A program made the position numbers and the translations under genes. The notes under the pieces are model-generated. The model made no database searches. It was not told the origin of the DNA and saw only the letters and a program-made list of their open reading frames with translations. Below are positions 48,745 through 61,130 of a stretch of DNA of 64,000 bases, piece by piece. Position 1 is the stretch's first letter, and every line of letters begins with the position of its first letter. This DNA comes from Thermoanaerobaculia bacterium (GTDB lineage Bacteria; Acidobacteriota; Thermoanaerobaculia; UBA5066). The stretch covers positions 64,001-128,000 of the forward strand of contig CAWFJJ010000008.1 in the NCBI GenBank assembly GCA_963816185.1. Reading direction: 5' to 3'.

Positions 48745-51000
48745 TCACTGTATATACCCGAGCGCGCGTAACCGGCGGATCTCTTCAGGGGGAAGCTCCT
48801 CACGGCTCCGTTTCGGGCGCTGAGCCGCAGCCCGGGTGCGAGCCAACCACTGCTCGAGCTCGGCCGAACACGGCCCCACCCGGGCATCGCTCATGGCGAG
48901 AGGCGCGTGCTCGCCCGGGTCAGCCGCCAGGTCGTAGACCGCGAGTTGGGGAGTCGGCCGGTGGAAGCGATCTACCGGCAGCGCGCTGTGGAGGCACTTC
49001 ACGTTGCCCGCTACGAACGCCGAAAGGTCGACCGGTCCCTGCGGCCCGCTCCCACCGACCTTGACTTGTGCGAAGAGCCCTCTGGCGGCGTCCGCGGTCT
49101 CCGCGGTACGAGGAAGAGACCTGCCGTGCAGACGCAGGCTCCCGTAAGGCTGCCCCAGCATCTCCAGGATCGTGGGTGGCAGATCGAGCGTGCTGACGCG
49201 TCCGGCGATCCGCGTTCCGGCGCCGCTCTGGCCGGGATACTTGACGAGCAGCGGCACGTGCAGAAGTTCCTCGTAAAGCGTGCGGCCGTGGTCGAATCCC
49301 CCGTGCTCGTAGAACTCCTCGCCGTGATCGGCGACGAGGATGATCAGGCTCCGCTCGTAGAGACCAAGGTAGCGAAGCATGTCGAGAAAGGCGCCGAACT
49401 GTCGGTCGGCGTGGAGGACCTCGCCGTCGTAGAGCGCTCGCAAGTGCGCCGTGTCCGCCGGGTTCTTGCCGAAGCCCTGGGCGAGAAAGACCTGCGGGTT
49501 ATAGAGCTGAGATGGAAGCGTGCCCGGCTGCTGGTCGGCAAAGACCCTGTCCTGCCCCTTCGGATCGTAGACGGCATGCGGATCGGAAGTGTGGATGTAG
49601 GCGAAGAGCGGCCGCTGTGGCTGCGGCCGGTTGAACAGGTACTGCCAGAAGAGACCGCGGGCGAGCTCCGAATAGCTCTTCGTCATCAGTCGGACATCCA
49701 GTGTGTAAGTGCCGAAGCCGCGCTCGAGACCGAAGGGCCTGCCGAGAGGCCACTGAGAGATGGCGGCGGTTTCGTACCCGAGCCGCGAAAGAAGCTCAGG
49801 CAGCCACGGCACGCCCTCGGCGGGAAGCCGCTCGCTGGCTTCGTCCATGCCGTGCTCGAACGGGTAGACGCCAGAAAGGATCGAAACCGTCGCCGGAAGC
49901 GTCCAGGAGGATGCGCTCCAGGCCCGCTCGTACGTGACCGCGTCGCGTGCGAAGGCGTCGATGCGGGGGCTCGTCGGCAGGCGCGCGCCATACGTTCCGA
50001 CTGCGTCGGCTCGCAGCGTATCGATGATGTACAGGAAGATGTCGGGTCTAAGGGGATGTGCCGTCATGTCCCCATCGCCGGACACCTCCGGAGCGGTCAG
50101 CTCGAGGTCCACGCTTGCCTTCGAATGCAACGGGGATCCGGAGTCCGTCTGCGCTCGCAGGAGCAGCATGCCGGCCGTCGCAACGTCGTCGACCCCGAAG
50201 TCGAGCGTCGATCCCGACAGCTTCGCCGCCGAGCCTTTCCAGATCGTCTTCCGGGAGCCTGCCCGCCAGAGGTCTACGGAGATCATCGCTCGAGGCTCCT
50301 GGGAACGCACGGCGCCGACGCGGAGGCGATAGCGCAGCCCGGCCGGCAACGGAATCGCCACTCCCTCGCCTTGAAGCATCACTTCGCGCGAAGCGCCCTC
50401 GCCGTTCAACCTGGACTCGGGTGCCGACGCCGGGCGCCCTCGTGGCACGACCGACAGATCGCCCACGACCGCGGCGAGCTCTCTCGGATCTCCGGGTCCG
50501 ACCACTTTCGAGGGGGCGGCGGAATATGCAAACGTCAGCTGCAAGTCGTTGAGAGGCGCCCGAAGGAGACTTTCCGGCAGCGGTACGCGCAGCTCCTGCC
50601 AGTCGCCGGCCAGTGTGACGACGGGCAGGGACGTGCCGTTCAGGATCGGCGTCAGGGTTTGCGGCGGTGCTTTCGGATAGGTAAAGGGAGCCAGGCGCGC
50701 GACCAGATCCACGTCGTGCGAGAAGGGCACTCCGAAGTAGACGTGCGCGGACCGGGCCGCCCAGGAGAAGCCTGACCAGGGCCCGGTCTTCTCGACTTGC
50801 TCGATTCCGTACCAGCCGGTGCCGAGCGTGACCTTGCCGGCGGAACCGTCGAATCGCTGATGAAAAGATCCGGGGTCGGAGTCGACGAGCTCGGCGTCGA
50901 AGGTGACGGCTGCATTGGATGGCGTTGTCCGGCGCCTGCAGCCGGGTGCGGCCAGAACGAGAAGCAGCGCGGGCCAGGCCGCCGAACGAGCGTCGCGCAT
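48745..51000 (-). CDS. Lipoprotein of the sulfatase/alkaline phosphatase superfamily (Thr-type)
   Basis: Lipobox APGC; IIDTLRAD, WTLPATVSILSG, DPHAVY, ADHGEEF, LRALGYI. Confidence 0.85.
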   Translation of the reverse strand: MRDARSAAWPALLLVLAAPGCRRRTTPSNAAVTFDAELVDSDPGSFHQRFDGSAGKVTLGTGWYGIEQVEKTGPWSGFSWAARSAHVYFGVPFSHDVDLVARLAPFTYPKAPPQTLTPILNGTSLPVVTLAGDWQELRVPLPESLLRAPLNDLQLTFAYSAAPSKVVGPGDPRELAAVVGDLSVVPRGRPASAPESRLNGEGASREVMLQGEGVAIPLPAGLRYRLRVGAVRSQEPRAMISVDLWRAGSRKTIWKGSAAKLSGSTLDFGVDDVATAGMLLLRAQTDSGSPLHSKASVDLELTAPEVSGDGDMTAHPLRPDIFLYIIDTLRADAVGTYGARLPTSPRIDAFARDAVTYERAWSASSWTLPATVSILSGVYPFEHGMDEASERLPAEGVPWLPELLSRLGYETAAISQWPLGRPFGLERGFGTYTLDVRLMTKSYSELARGLFWQYLFNRPQPQRPLFAYIHTSDPHAVYDPKGQDRVFADQQPGTLPSQLYNPQVFLAQGFGKNPADTAHLRALYDGEVLHADRQFGAFLDMLRYLGLYERSLIILVADHGEEFYEHGGFDHGRTLYEELLHVPLLVKYPGQSGAGTRIAGRVSTLDLPPTILEMLGQPYGSLRLHGRSLPRTAETADAARGLFAQVKVGGSGPQGPVDLSAFVAGNVKCLHSALPVDRFHRPTPQLAVYDLAADPGEHAPLAMSDARVGPCSAELEQWLARTRAAAQRPKRSREELPPEEIRRLRALGYIQ

Positions 51001-51002
51001 CC

Positions 51003-52885
51003 CTACCTGTATCGCGATTGAAACGAAGGTCGGCTGTCAATGGAGGTAAGCCGCTCGACGATCCGCTTCGCCGCACGCGCCCAGGTCCACCTCTCCGTCA
51101 TTTCCACCGCGGCTCTGCGGCCGATTTCGGCAGCCTCGGCGCGGTTCTCGAACACGTGCCGCAAGAGCTGTCCGAGGTGTTCCGGATCCGGATCGGCCCA
51201 GGAGAAGCCGTCGTAGTAAGGGCAGAGGGCCTTCGCCGGGATGGTTCCGCGGACCCGGAGCGGATACGCGATCCCGGCGTGAAGGAATTCCGTGTGCGCG
51301 CCCCAATCGGTCGCAATCGTGGGCAGGCCGCAGGCCATCGCCTCCATGAGCGGCATGTCCCAGCCCTCGCCGCGTCCCGCGGAAACGTAGCAGTCGGCCG
51401 ACCGGTAGAGCGAGCCCAGCTCGTGGTACGGGAACTCGCGGTTGTGAATGAACGCGATGCGGCCGCCGGAGCCCTTGAGACGGAGCGCCTCGATCTCGCT
51501 TCGCACGCTCAGGCCTCCGTTCCGGTTGATGACCTTGCACACGAGGACGACGGGGTCGTGGCGGCGGAAGGTCTGGTTGAATACCTTCAGGAGCAGCTCC
51601 GGCGCCTTCCTTTCGCCCCACTCGAAGTTGGAGAGAAAGACGAAGTCGCCGTTGCGGATTCGGGTGGTTGCTTATCCGCGGATGGAAGTGGTCGACGTCG
51701 ACGCCGAGCGGCATCACGTGCACGGGCTTCGTAACGCCGCAGCGCACGAACCCCTCCCGGTTGAACGTGGTCGGAACCCAGACCTCGTCCATCGCGTTCG
51801 CCTGCCGCACCCATTCTTTCGGAAAACCATCCACCTCGAGCATGGTGTAGCCGATCCGGTAGCGGCCGCGATTCTTCCGGAAGACGTCTCCCTGCCCGTA
51901 GACCACGGAGACCGGCGGGTGCGAGGGCATCTTCCGCTGCCGGACGGCGTTCAACAGGTGGTCGCCCGACTGGTCGGGCTCTTCGAGCGGGAAGGGCGTC
52001 CCCTTGCCGTAGACGTACTGGTAGGCCACGCGGACGCCCTCGGCGTCGAGGCCGCGCAGGATCTCCCGGCAGCTCATCGCATAGCCGGTTGGGAAGTTCA
52101 TGATCGACTGCCACGCCAGCGGCCGGGTGTAGCGCGCCTCGAGCCGGCCGGCCCACTTGGCCCTGAAGGTCCGGCGGCTCTTCTTGAAGAGCCGGTTGAA
52201 GAGCCGTGGCGTGTCGCTGGTCGAGCCGTGCTCGTCGTGAACCAGAGTCACGGCGCCGCAGCAGACAGTCCGGAAGCCGGCCTCGCGGGCGCGAAGGCAG
52301 TAGTCGGTGTCCTCGAAGTACGACTCGAACTCCTCCGAGAGGTCGCCGATCTTCGCGATCACCTCACGCCTGATGTACGCGCAGGCGAAGACGATCCCCT
52401 GCACGTCGCGCGTGGCGGCGTACTGGTTGACGTTGGTCTCCAGGGATCCGATCTGCTGGCCCCAGAAGGTGTCCGGGAGGATGTACGTCCCGGCGTGGAT
52501 CAGCTTTCCGTCGGGGAAGACGAGGCGACAGCCGACGAGGCCGACGTCCGGCGACGAGTGAGCCGCCTCCCGGAGCTTCTCGAGCCAGTCCGGCTGGTGG
52601 ATCTCGATGTCGTTGTTCAGAAGAAGGACGTCGCTCTCCGGGTCAGCCGCGGCGATGCCGGCGTTGTTCCCGCGGACGAAGCCGAGGTTCCGGTCGTTCG
52701 TCAGGACCTTCAGCCACGGGTAGGCTTTCAGCTTCTCCGGCGTCTCGTCGGTCGAGCCATTGTCGACGACGAGCACCCGGGCGGTCGAGAGGTCGGTCTG
52801 CTTTCTCATCGACTCGAGGCAGCGCCTCGGTCAGCTTCCAGCGGTTCCAGCAAAGGACGATGATCGTGACGGGGCGCGCCGCCAT
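51003..52885 (-). CDS. GT2-GT4 fusion glycosyltransferase (indels near 52830 and 51660)
   Basis: IIVLCWN, VVDNGSTD, LLNND, YFEDTD; then RGEGWDMPLMEAMACGLP. Confidence 0.85.
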
Positions 52886-52889
52886 GGCG

Positions 52890-53174
52890 TCAGGCGTTCC
52901 GGTCGGGAGCGAGACGCTCCCACAGGAGGCGCATCTCGGTGGCGACATCGCTTGGCGTCAGGCCGGTCGTCTCGTGCCACCCGTCGAGGATGTCCCACGC
53001 GGCGGCGTGGGCCTCGAGCGCGTCGAGGTCCTCCTCGAAGAGGTTGGAGTCCTCGGGCGGGAGGAGGCGGTGCAGAGCGAGGAGCCGGGCCCGGAGTCGC
53101 TCGTTCGAGGCCGCGAGGGCCTCCGCGCGAGCCTGCCAGTAAAGCCTGCCGCGGTCCGTTCCGGGCCTCGTCAC
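52890..53174 (-). CDS. Small hypothetical protein
   Basis: Co-oriented and overlapping with the upstream small gene; short coiled-coil. Confidence 0.55.
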   Translation of the reverse strand: MTRPGTDRGRLYWQARAEALAASNERLRARLLALHRLLPPEDSNLFEEDLDALEAHAAAWDILDGWHETTGLTPSDVATEMRLLWERLAPDRNA

Positions 53175-53476
53175 CAGCGGCGCCCGAAGACGCCCCGCAA
53201 GGCTTGCAGCAGCTTCCAGCCCTTCGAGCCGTGGAGCGCGGCGACGTACCGCTCGCGTTCGTCGAGGCGGTTGCGCAGGGCGGTCTCTTCCGAGCGGAGC
53301 TGCGCGACCTGATGCTCCATCTGCCGCATCTCCCGCTCCAGGCGCTTCACCGTTTGGCGTGCGAGGTCGCGCTCGAAGATCACCTCGTCCAGGCGGACCT
53401 CCAACCGCGCGAGGCTGGTTTCTTCTTCCGGCGCGGGGGTGCTGCTCGGGTTCGTCGTCGCGTGCTCGGCGGCCAA
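53171..53476 (-). CDS. Small coiled-coil protein with amphipathic S.GWK...LR end
   Basis: Heptad-like E/R/L-rich helix ending HGSKGWKLLQALRGVF. Confidence 0.65.
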   Translation of the reverse strand: MAAEHATTNPSSTPAPEEETSLARLEVRLDEVIFERDLARQTVKRLEREMRQMEHQVAQLRSEETALRNRLDERERYVAALHGSKGWKLLQALRGVFGRRW

Positions 53477-53586
53477 GGCGTTCCTGTCTTCCCCAGGAAG
53501 TTCGTTGAACGGTCAGAGTCTAACCTCTCGCCCGAGGCCGCCGCCACAGTCGGTGGGGGAGACGGCACGCTACACTCGGCCTCTAC

Positions 53587-54414
53587 ATGCCCGCCGACGC
53601 CGTTCCGGTCTACGACTCCGCGCGAAAAACCCTGAAGTGGCTCGAGGAGGCCACCGAGCTGTGGCGGTACCGCCACCTGGTGGCCGAGATCGTCGTGCGC
53701 GACATCAAGGTCCGCTACAAGCGCTCGGTCCTGGGCGTGGCGTGGACGATGCTCAGCCCGCTCCTGAACATGCTCGCCATGACGTGGGTCTTCTCGATCG
53801 TCCTGAAGATGGGCATCCGGAACTTCCCCGTCTACTTTCTCGCCGGGTCGACGTTCTGGACGTTCTTCGCCCAGTCGACGGGGCAGGCCGCCTCGATGAC
53901 GATCGAGGCCATGGAGATCACGAAGCGCGTCTACGTTCCGCGGTCCGTCTTCGTCATCTCGGCCGTCGGCGTCGGTGTCGTCAACCTGCTCTTCAGCCTC
54001 GTCCCGCTCCTCCTGATCATCCTGGCGACCGGCTACCCCTTCCACACCTCGTGGCTCTTCCTCCCGGTGGCCGTCGTCATCGGCGCCCTCTTCACCACCG
54101 GCGTCGGCCTCCTCGTCTTCACGATGGCCTCGCGTTTCGTGGACATCAAGGAGACGTACCTCGTCCTGGTCGGCGCCTGGTTCTTCGTCACGCCGATCGT
54201 CTACACGTCGGAGTTCGTCCCCGAACGCTTCCGCTTCATCGTCCGCTACAACCCCATGACCTACCTCGTGGAGGTCTTCCGCGCGCCGCTCTACGACGGC
54301 TGGCTCCCGGGTCCCAACACGCTCGCCTTTGCGGCGCTGGCGGCCGTTTCAGCACTCATCGTCGGCTGGCTCTTCTACTCCGCGAAGATCGAGGACTATG
54401 GCACCCGGAGCTGA
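53587..54414 (+). CDS. wzm: Polysaccharide ABC transporter permease
   Basis: RDIKVRYKRSVLGVAW, FFVTPIVY, NPM; six TM helices. Confidence 0.93.
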   Translation: MPADAVPVYDSARKTLKWLEEATELWRYRHLVAEIVVRDIKVRYKRSVLGVAWTMLSPLLNMLAMTWVFSIVLKMGIRNFPVYFLAGSTFWTFFAQSTGQAASMTIEAMEITKRVYVPRSVFVISAVGVGVVNLLFSLVPLLLIILATGYPFHTSWLFLPVAVVIGALFTTGVGLLVFTMASRFVDIKETYLVLVGAWFFVTPIVYTSEFVPERFRFIVRYNPMTYLVEVFRAPLYDGWLPGPNTLAFAALAAVSALIVGWLFYSAKIEDYGTRS

Positions 54415-55160
54415 CCCGGCTGTCGAGCTCTCGAACGTCTCGGTCTTCTTCAAGGTGCCGAACGAGGTGATCCTCTCCTTCAAGGAGTACGCCATCCGCA
54501 AGCTCCAGAGGCGCATCGTGCACGGCGAGCTGGCCGCCCTGAAGGACGTCTCCTTCACGGTGGCGAAGGGCGAGCGGATCGGCGTCATCGGCCCGAACGG
54601 GGCGGGGAAGAGCACGCTCTTCCGCGTCATCGCCCGCGTGCGGCGGCCCTCCGAGCGGGCGGGTCGTCGTTCGCGGGCGCGTGGCGCCCCTCCTGGAGCT
54701 GGGGCTCGGCTTCCACGGCGAGCTGACGGGCCGCGAGAACGTCATCCTCCACGGGACGCTGATGGGCTTCTCGCGCGGCGACATGGAGGAGCGGATGGCA
54801 CGCGTGGCGGAGTTCGCCGAGCTGGAGCCGTTCCTCGACGCGCCGCTCCGGACGTACTCCACCGGCATGGCGGCGCGCCTGGCCTTCGCGGTCGCGACCG
54901 ACGTCGACCCCGACATCCTCCTGGTGGACGAGGCGCTCTCCGTCGGCGACGAGCGGTTCAAGGTGAAGTGCCACGACCGGATGGCGACGTTCCGCGAGCG
55001 GGGAAAGACGTTTCTTCTGGTCTCCCATTCGCTCGGGGACGTGACGGCGAACTGCAGCCGCGCCCTCTGGATCATGGACGGCGGCGTCGTGAAGGACGGC
55101 CCCGCCGCCGAGATCTGCGACGCGTACCAGGCGTGGGCGACGGGGGGGAGCCCGGCGTAA
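54398..55160 (+). CDS. wzt: Polysaccharide ABC transporter ATPase, no C-terminal carbohydrate-binding domain (indel near 54655)
   Basis: GPNGAGKST, ELTGRENV, YSTGM..RLAF, LVDEALSVGD. Confidence 0.9.
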
Positions 55161-55174
55161 GCTGGCGGCGCATT

Positions 55175-55217
55175 CGGCCGCGCTCACACCCCGGGAGCCG
55201 GGGAGTGCGCGAGGCCG
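55175..55217. terminator. Long imperfect hairpin between convergent wzt and HEPN genes
   Basis: CGGCCGCGCTCACACCCCGG pairs imperfectly with CCGGGGAGTGCGCGAGGCCG. Confidence 0.4.
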
Positions 55218-55337
55218 GTTCGCGATGAAACATTCCGACGCTCCCCTTCCGGCCCGGCTCCGGCGCTTCTTCGGACTCTGAGGCTGCGACGCGTAGGCGC
55301 TGAGATGAATGCCGGAGTAAGAATCCTTGAAATGCTG

Positions 55338-55736
55338 TTAGACGCCAGTCCGCCGCTCGAGCTGGGACAGTAACCGGTCCATGAGCCGAGCGTAGCCGTC
55401 CAGTCGCCCGAAAATCCGGAGGGCCACCGGCTTGGCGTAGGTATGCACCACGTCGTTCCGATCGTCCACCATGGCGAGCGCAAGCTCCGCGTCCTCCTCG
55501 CTAAGGACCGAGACCTGTAGCAAACCGCGGAACGCTCCCTTCGGCGAGCCGACCTCCAATCCCTCGGCGTCGCGAAGAAACTGTTGGCTGGCTTTCCAGA
55601 CGGCTTCTACCGTGTACTCGAAGCGCTGAATCGCCGCGTCACGCTGGATGTCGCTTACCTCTCCAACGAGAGGGAGCTCCAGCAACGTCTGCAGCGCCTT
55701 CCGGGCAACACCCAGCCTCTCCGTCAGGCGGCCCAT
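55338..55736 (-). CDS. HEPN toxin (HI0074/HepT-like)
   Basis: RDAAIQRFEYTVE, SPK, RNDVVHTY (Rx4H). Confidence 0.9.
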   Translation of the reverse strand: MGRLTERLGVARKALQTLLELPLVGEVSDIQRDAAIQRFEYTVEAVWKASQQFLRDAEGLEVGSPKGAFRGLLQVSVLSEEDAELALAMVDDRNDVVHTYAKPVALRIFGRLDGYARLMDRLLSQLERRTGV

Positions 55737-56029
55737 ATCACGCCGGTCTCGAGAACTCGCTCGCGAAAGGCGGGGTCAACCGAAGAGAGATCCACCACAT
55801 CCACGTGGTATGGCACGTGGCTCTCCTCCAGAGCCTCGCGGATTCCGCCAAGGACCCCGGCCGGCAGCGGGCGGCGCGGGAGCACAGCCACGTCGATGTC
55901 CGATGCGACTCTCGCCGAGCCCGAGGCGCGCGAGCCAAAGAGGACGACCATGGCCTCGCAACCCTTCAGGCGCTCCGTCACGATGCGCCGGACCTCTTCC
56001 AGAGCCTCCTCAGCAGTGGCGCGTCTCAT
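55724..56029 (-). CDS. Minimal nucleotidyltransferase antitoxin (MntA-like)
   Basis: LFGSRASG...SDIDVAV, VDVVDL; coupled to the HEPN gene. Confidence 0.9.
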   Translation of the reverse strand: MRRATAEEALEEVRRIVTERLKGCEAMVVLFGSRASGSARVASDIDVAVLPRRPLPAGVLGGIREALEESHVPYHVDVVDLSSVDPAFRERVLETGVIWAA

Positions 56030-56126
56030 GTCCAAAGTATAGGACCCACCTACTTTCAGCGCTTTCTCCCCAGCGTCTTCGTCAACACGACGCGTGGGCG
56101 CAGCGGACGGCGTAAGCTGGCGACGT

Positions 56127-56384
56127 ATGGTCGAATTCCGTACGGCCGATACCTCCGGAGGCGCGTGGGAGCTCACGCGCGCGGTCCACGCGCGGCTAGG
56201 GCCCGAAGGCCGTCTTCGCGCGGCCTTCGAGGCTTCGGAGTTCGTGCGATCCATCGCGCGTGAAGGCATCCAGGCCCGCCATCCGGGATATGACGCGCTT
56301 CAGCTCGACCGCTCTCTCTTCCGGCAAATCTACGGCGAGGCGCTTTTCCGGAAGGTCTTCCCCGGCGTCGACGAAAGGCCGTGA
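56127..56384 (+). CDS. Small helical protein, putative antitoxin/partner of a nucleotidyltransferase
   Basis: DTS...GPEGRL.AA...S...R.....GI.ARHP pattern; GTGA overlap with the next gene. Confidence 0.6.
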   Translation: MVEFRTADTSGGAWELTRAVHARLGPEGRLRAAFEASEFVRSIAREGIQARHPGYDALQLDRSLFRQIYGEALFRKVFPGVDERP

Positions 56385-56607
56385 GCGCGCCGCCGCGCGC
56401 CTTTTTGGGCTCGACGTCTACGTCATTTCGCCGGAAGGCTCCATCCTGTCGAAGCTCGAGTGGTCACGGCGCGGGGGCTCCGACCGCCAGCTCCGCGACG
56501 CGTCGGCCGTCCTGGCCGCCAATCGCGAGACACTCGACTTCGACTACCTCCGCCAGCAGGCACGCGGGCTGGGCGTGGACGACCTGCTCGAGCTCCTGCT
56601 GGGGTAA
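56381..56607 (+). pseudogene. C-terminal remnant of a nucleotidyltransferase-family protein
   Basis: SPEGSILSKLEW...SDRQLRD...LDFDYL...LGV; catalytic N-terminal part missing. Confidence 0.6.
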
Positions 56608-56702
56608 AGCGGCGGCGCCTGAAGCGATCGCCGGGCTCCGCTGACTTACCGCCCTGAGATCGCTATTCCGGGCCCCGACCAGCCGGCGAAGGAAATCGTC
56701 CG

Positions 56703-58471
<1,769 letters not shown>

Positions 58472-58539
58472 TCATCACCCGCTCACCGGGTTCGATCGAA
58501 TGCGACGCGCCTCACCGCGATGGGTTAAATCTTTATCTG

Positions 58540-60004
58540 ATGGGTCGGGTTCATCTTGTCGGTGCCTCGATCCCGCGATCCGGGCACCATTTCCTCGTAC
58601 AGATCCTCCAGCAGCTTCTCGGCCCGGCGTTCGCGCACTGCGAGTTCTACGGTCCGGATGACTGCTGCCGCTCGATTCCGTGCCGGCGATTCGGTGACGT
58701 GCAGCTCTTCTTTCAGAAGAATCACGACCTGGACCTCACGCTTCCCGCGAGTCTCGAGGGCGTCACATACGTCGTTCAGTTCCGCGACCCGGTCATGAGT
58801 GCGCTTTCCGACCGGGAGCACCGCGCCTTTCTCGAAGGCGAGGCCCGGCCGCTGACCGGGAGGAGCTCCCCGTCTGGCTCGGCCGGAAGGCGGCCTATTA
58901 CGAGCGCTTCTTTGAGAAGTGGGTTCGGCCCCGTGCTTCGAACTGTGTCTTAATCGACTACGACAGCCTCGTCGACAACACCGTCAACGTGGTCGAGCGA
59001 TTTCTATCGGTGATCGGCATGCCGATGGAACCGGGCGCCGTTGCCGCGGCGTGCGAGGCGAGCGCCAGCCACACTGCCGCCTTTCCGGCAGGTGCGCAAA
59101 GCGAGACCTTCGCTCGGCGGACGCTCGAGAGAAACAGTTCCTTGACCCAGTCTATTTCCCGGTCTTTGAGTCACTCGTCCTCGATCGGCTTCCGGAGCTC
59201 CGCTCAAAGCGGCGACTTGAGAACGTAGCCTGGGGACATCATCCCGTCGCACACGTTTACCGGGCCGAGATGGCCCGGGCGTCAGGCGATCCCGCGCATG
59301 CGCTGTCCTTCGTCGGCGAGGCTCTGCAGACGGCACCGGCCAACTGCATCTTCTGGCAATGAAGAGCTGATCTTCGGAGCGCGCTTTGACCTGGCACCGA
59401 GGAGGCGATCGAGGCCGCGGCCCTGGCGGTCAGAAAAAGGCCTGACGACCCGGAGAATCTTCGTCGGCTGAGCGATCTCGCCGACTACAACAAGGCCCGG
59501 GAGACGCTTGCGAAGGGGCGGTGGCTGGGTCGCCGAGCAGCTGGTCAGCCTCTATCCGCAGGATACGGGACACCGGCTTCATCTGGCAGTGATTCTCCTC
59601 GCGCTCCACGAGGTCGGCGCGGCGCAGGAGCATGCCGGACAACGTCATTCAGATCGGTCCGCGCTACCGGGACGTCTGGGGGATGGCCAGCGATGTTCTC
59701 CATGGCCGGAAAGAGCTGGCCGGCGGCTCTTGCCGCGGTAGAGGGTGCCTTGACGCTGTGCCCCCTGGAGGCCGAGTACCATCATCACCGGGCCCACACC
59801 CTGGCCATTCTGGGCCGCATTGACGAGGGGGAGCGCGACGCACCACCAGGCGATCAGGCTGGATTCGAATCAGCCCGACTGGTGGTGGAAGCCGGCGAAG
59901 ATCTGCGCATCGGCAGGCCGGACAGGCGGGCGGCAAGCGAGACGGTCAAGAAAGCGATTTTGCTGTTTCCGGTACATCTGAGTTTGAGAGCGCAGGCGAA
60001 GTAG
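58540..60004 (+). CDS. Sulfotransferase-like domain + TPR repeats (several indels)
   Basis: SIPRSGHH (5'-PSB-like), K.HD, QFRDP (3'-PB-like), DYDSL; C-terminal TPR-like helices. Confidence 0.65.
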
Positions 60005-60419
60005 GTGAGCGAGATCCTTGGCGGGCGCTTTGGGACGAGCGGACGTTTCCTCGGGTGTGAGCCCACGGAGTAGCAGACGCAACCCCGACTAAATGTGGGT
60101 GCGAGCAGCTATGACGGGGAGGGTCTCCATCGTGACCATCGCCTAGAGATCCGAGAGCCTTGCCAGGCTTGGGCTTAACGATAGCGGTTCCGACTTTTGC
60201 CCTAGCTCTAAGCCAGAGTTGTCTCAGCGAAAGAGGCTCTCTGGAACCAACATGTTCGTGCGTTGTGGGGCGATTTACCGCCCATTTCTTACCAACCCGA
60301 GGTGGCACCACGCCCTTTAATCAACGACCGGTTCCCCCTAGAGTCGGAGGGGTGGCAGTCCGGTGGATAGAAGACGAATGCCGTTTGAGCACTGAAGATA
60401 CGCCAATACGCTTGGCGCA

Positions 60420-61130
60420 TTGTGAGCACCCCGCGTTCGGGGAATAGATGGCGATGTTACATGCTCGCAGAAGCGTTGGGTTTGGAACAGTTCCCTGTTC
60501 ACCATCCGGGACTGCTTTGGTGGTCGTCACTTCCGATGCGATCAATCGTCCAAAACGTCGATGGCTTCAGTCGGAAGAGTTCTCGGCAGTGTTGCTGGCG
60601 AACCACGTTCGGCCTATTGTCTGGGCGAGGCACCCGCTGGATGTCGCTGATCTCGATTCTTCACTTTTGTTTCGCCTAGAAAAAGACAAACATTTTCTCG
60701 GCTTGCAGGTGCTGGGGGGTCGGAAGAATCAATTCCGGGCGCGGACCCTTTGAGTGAAGCGGTTCTCGAGTATGGCAGAGGTCCGCGGGTTTCGGGCCCT
60801 TTTGGCTGCAAGCCGAGAGTGGTGGATTCAATCAAAAAGTCGTAAAGGTCCGGTATGAGAGCCTCGTCGGCGATACCGCCGGAACGCTCGGTGGACTTCT
60901 GGCGAAGTCTTCAGGGTGAGAGAGCGGAGACCGCGGCTAAGGCCGCCCGGATCGCGTCCAAGTACTCGCTGGATCGCTTGCGGCCCACGAGTCGGAATGA
61001 TCACTTCTGGCAGGGAAGGCCGGGGCTTTGGCGCCAGTTGCTGCTGCCCGACCGGGTCGAGAAGATCGTGGCCTACAAAGAGATTCCTTTCGGCAGTCCG
61101 GCTATGAACCGGTTGCGGATGGCGCATTGA
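60420..61130 (+). pseudogene. Second sulfotransferase-like gene, heavily frameshifted
   Basis: STPRSGN.W...ML, ARHPLDV/LISILHF, RYESLVGD, HFWQG.PGLWR across frames. Confidence 0.6.
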
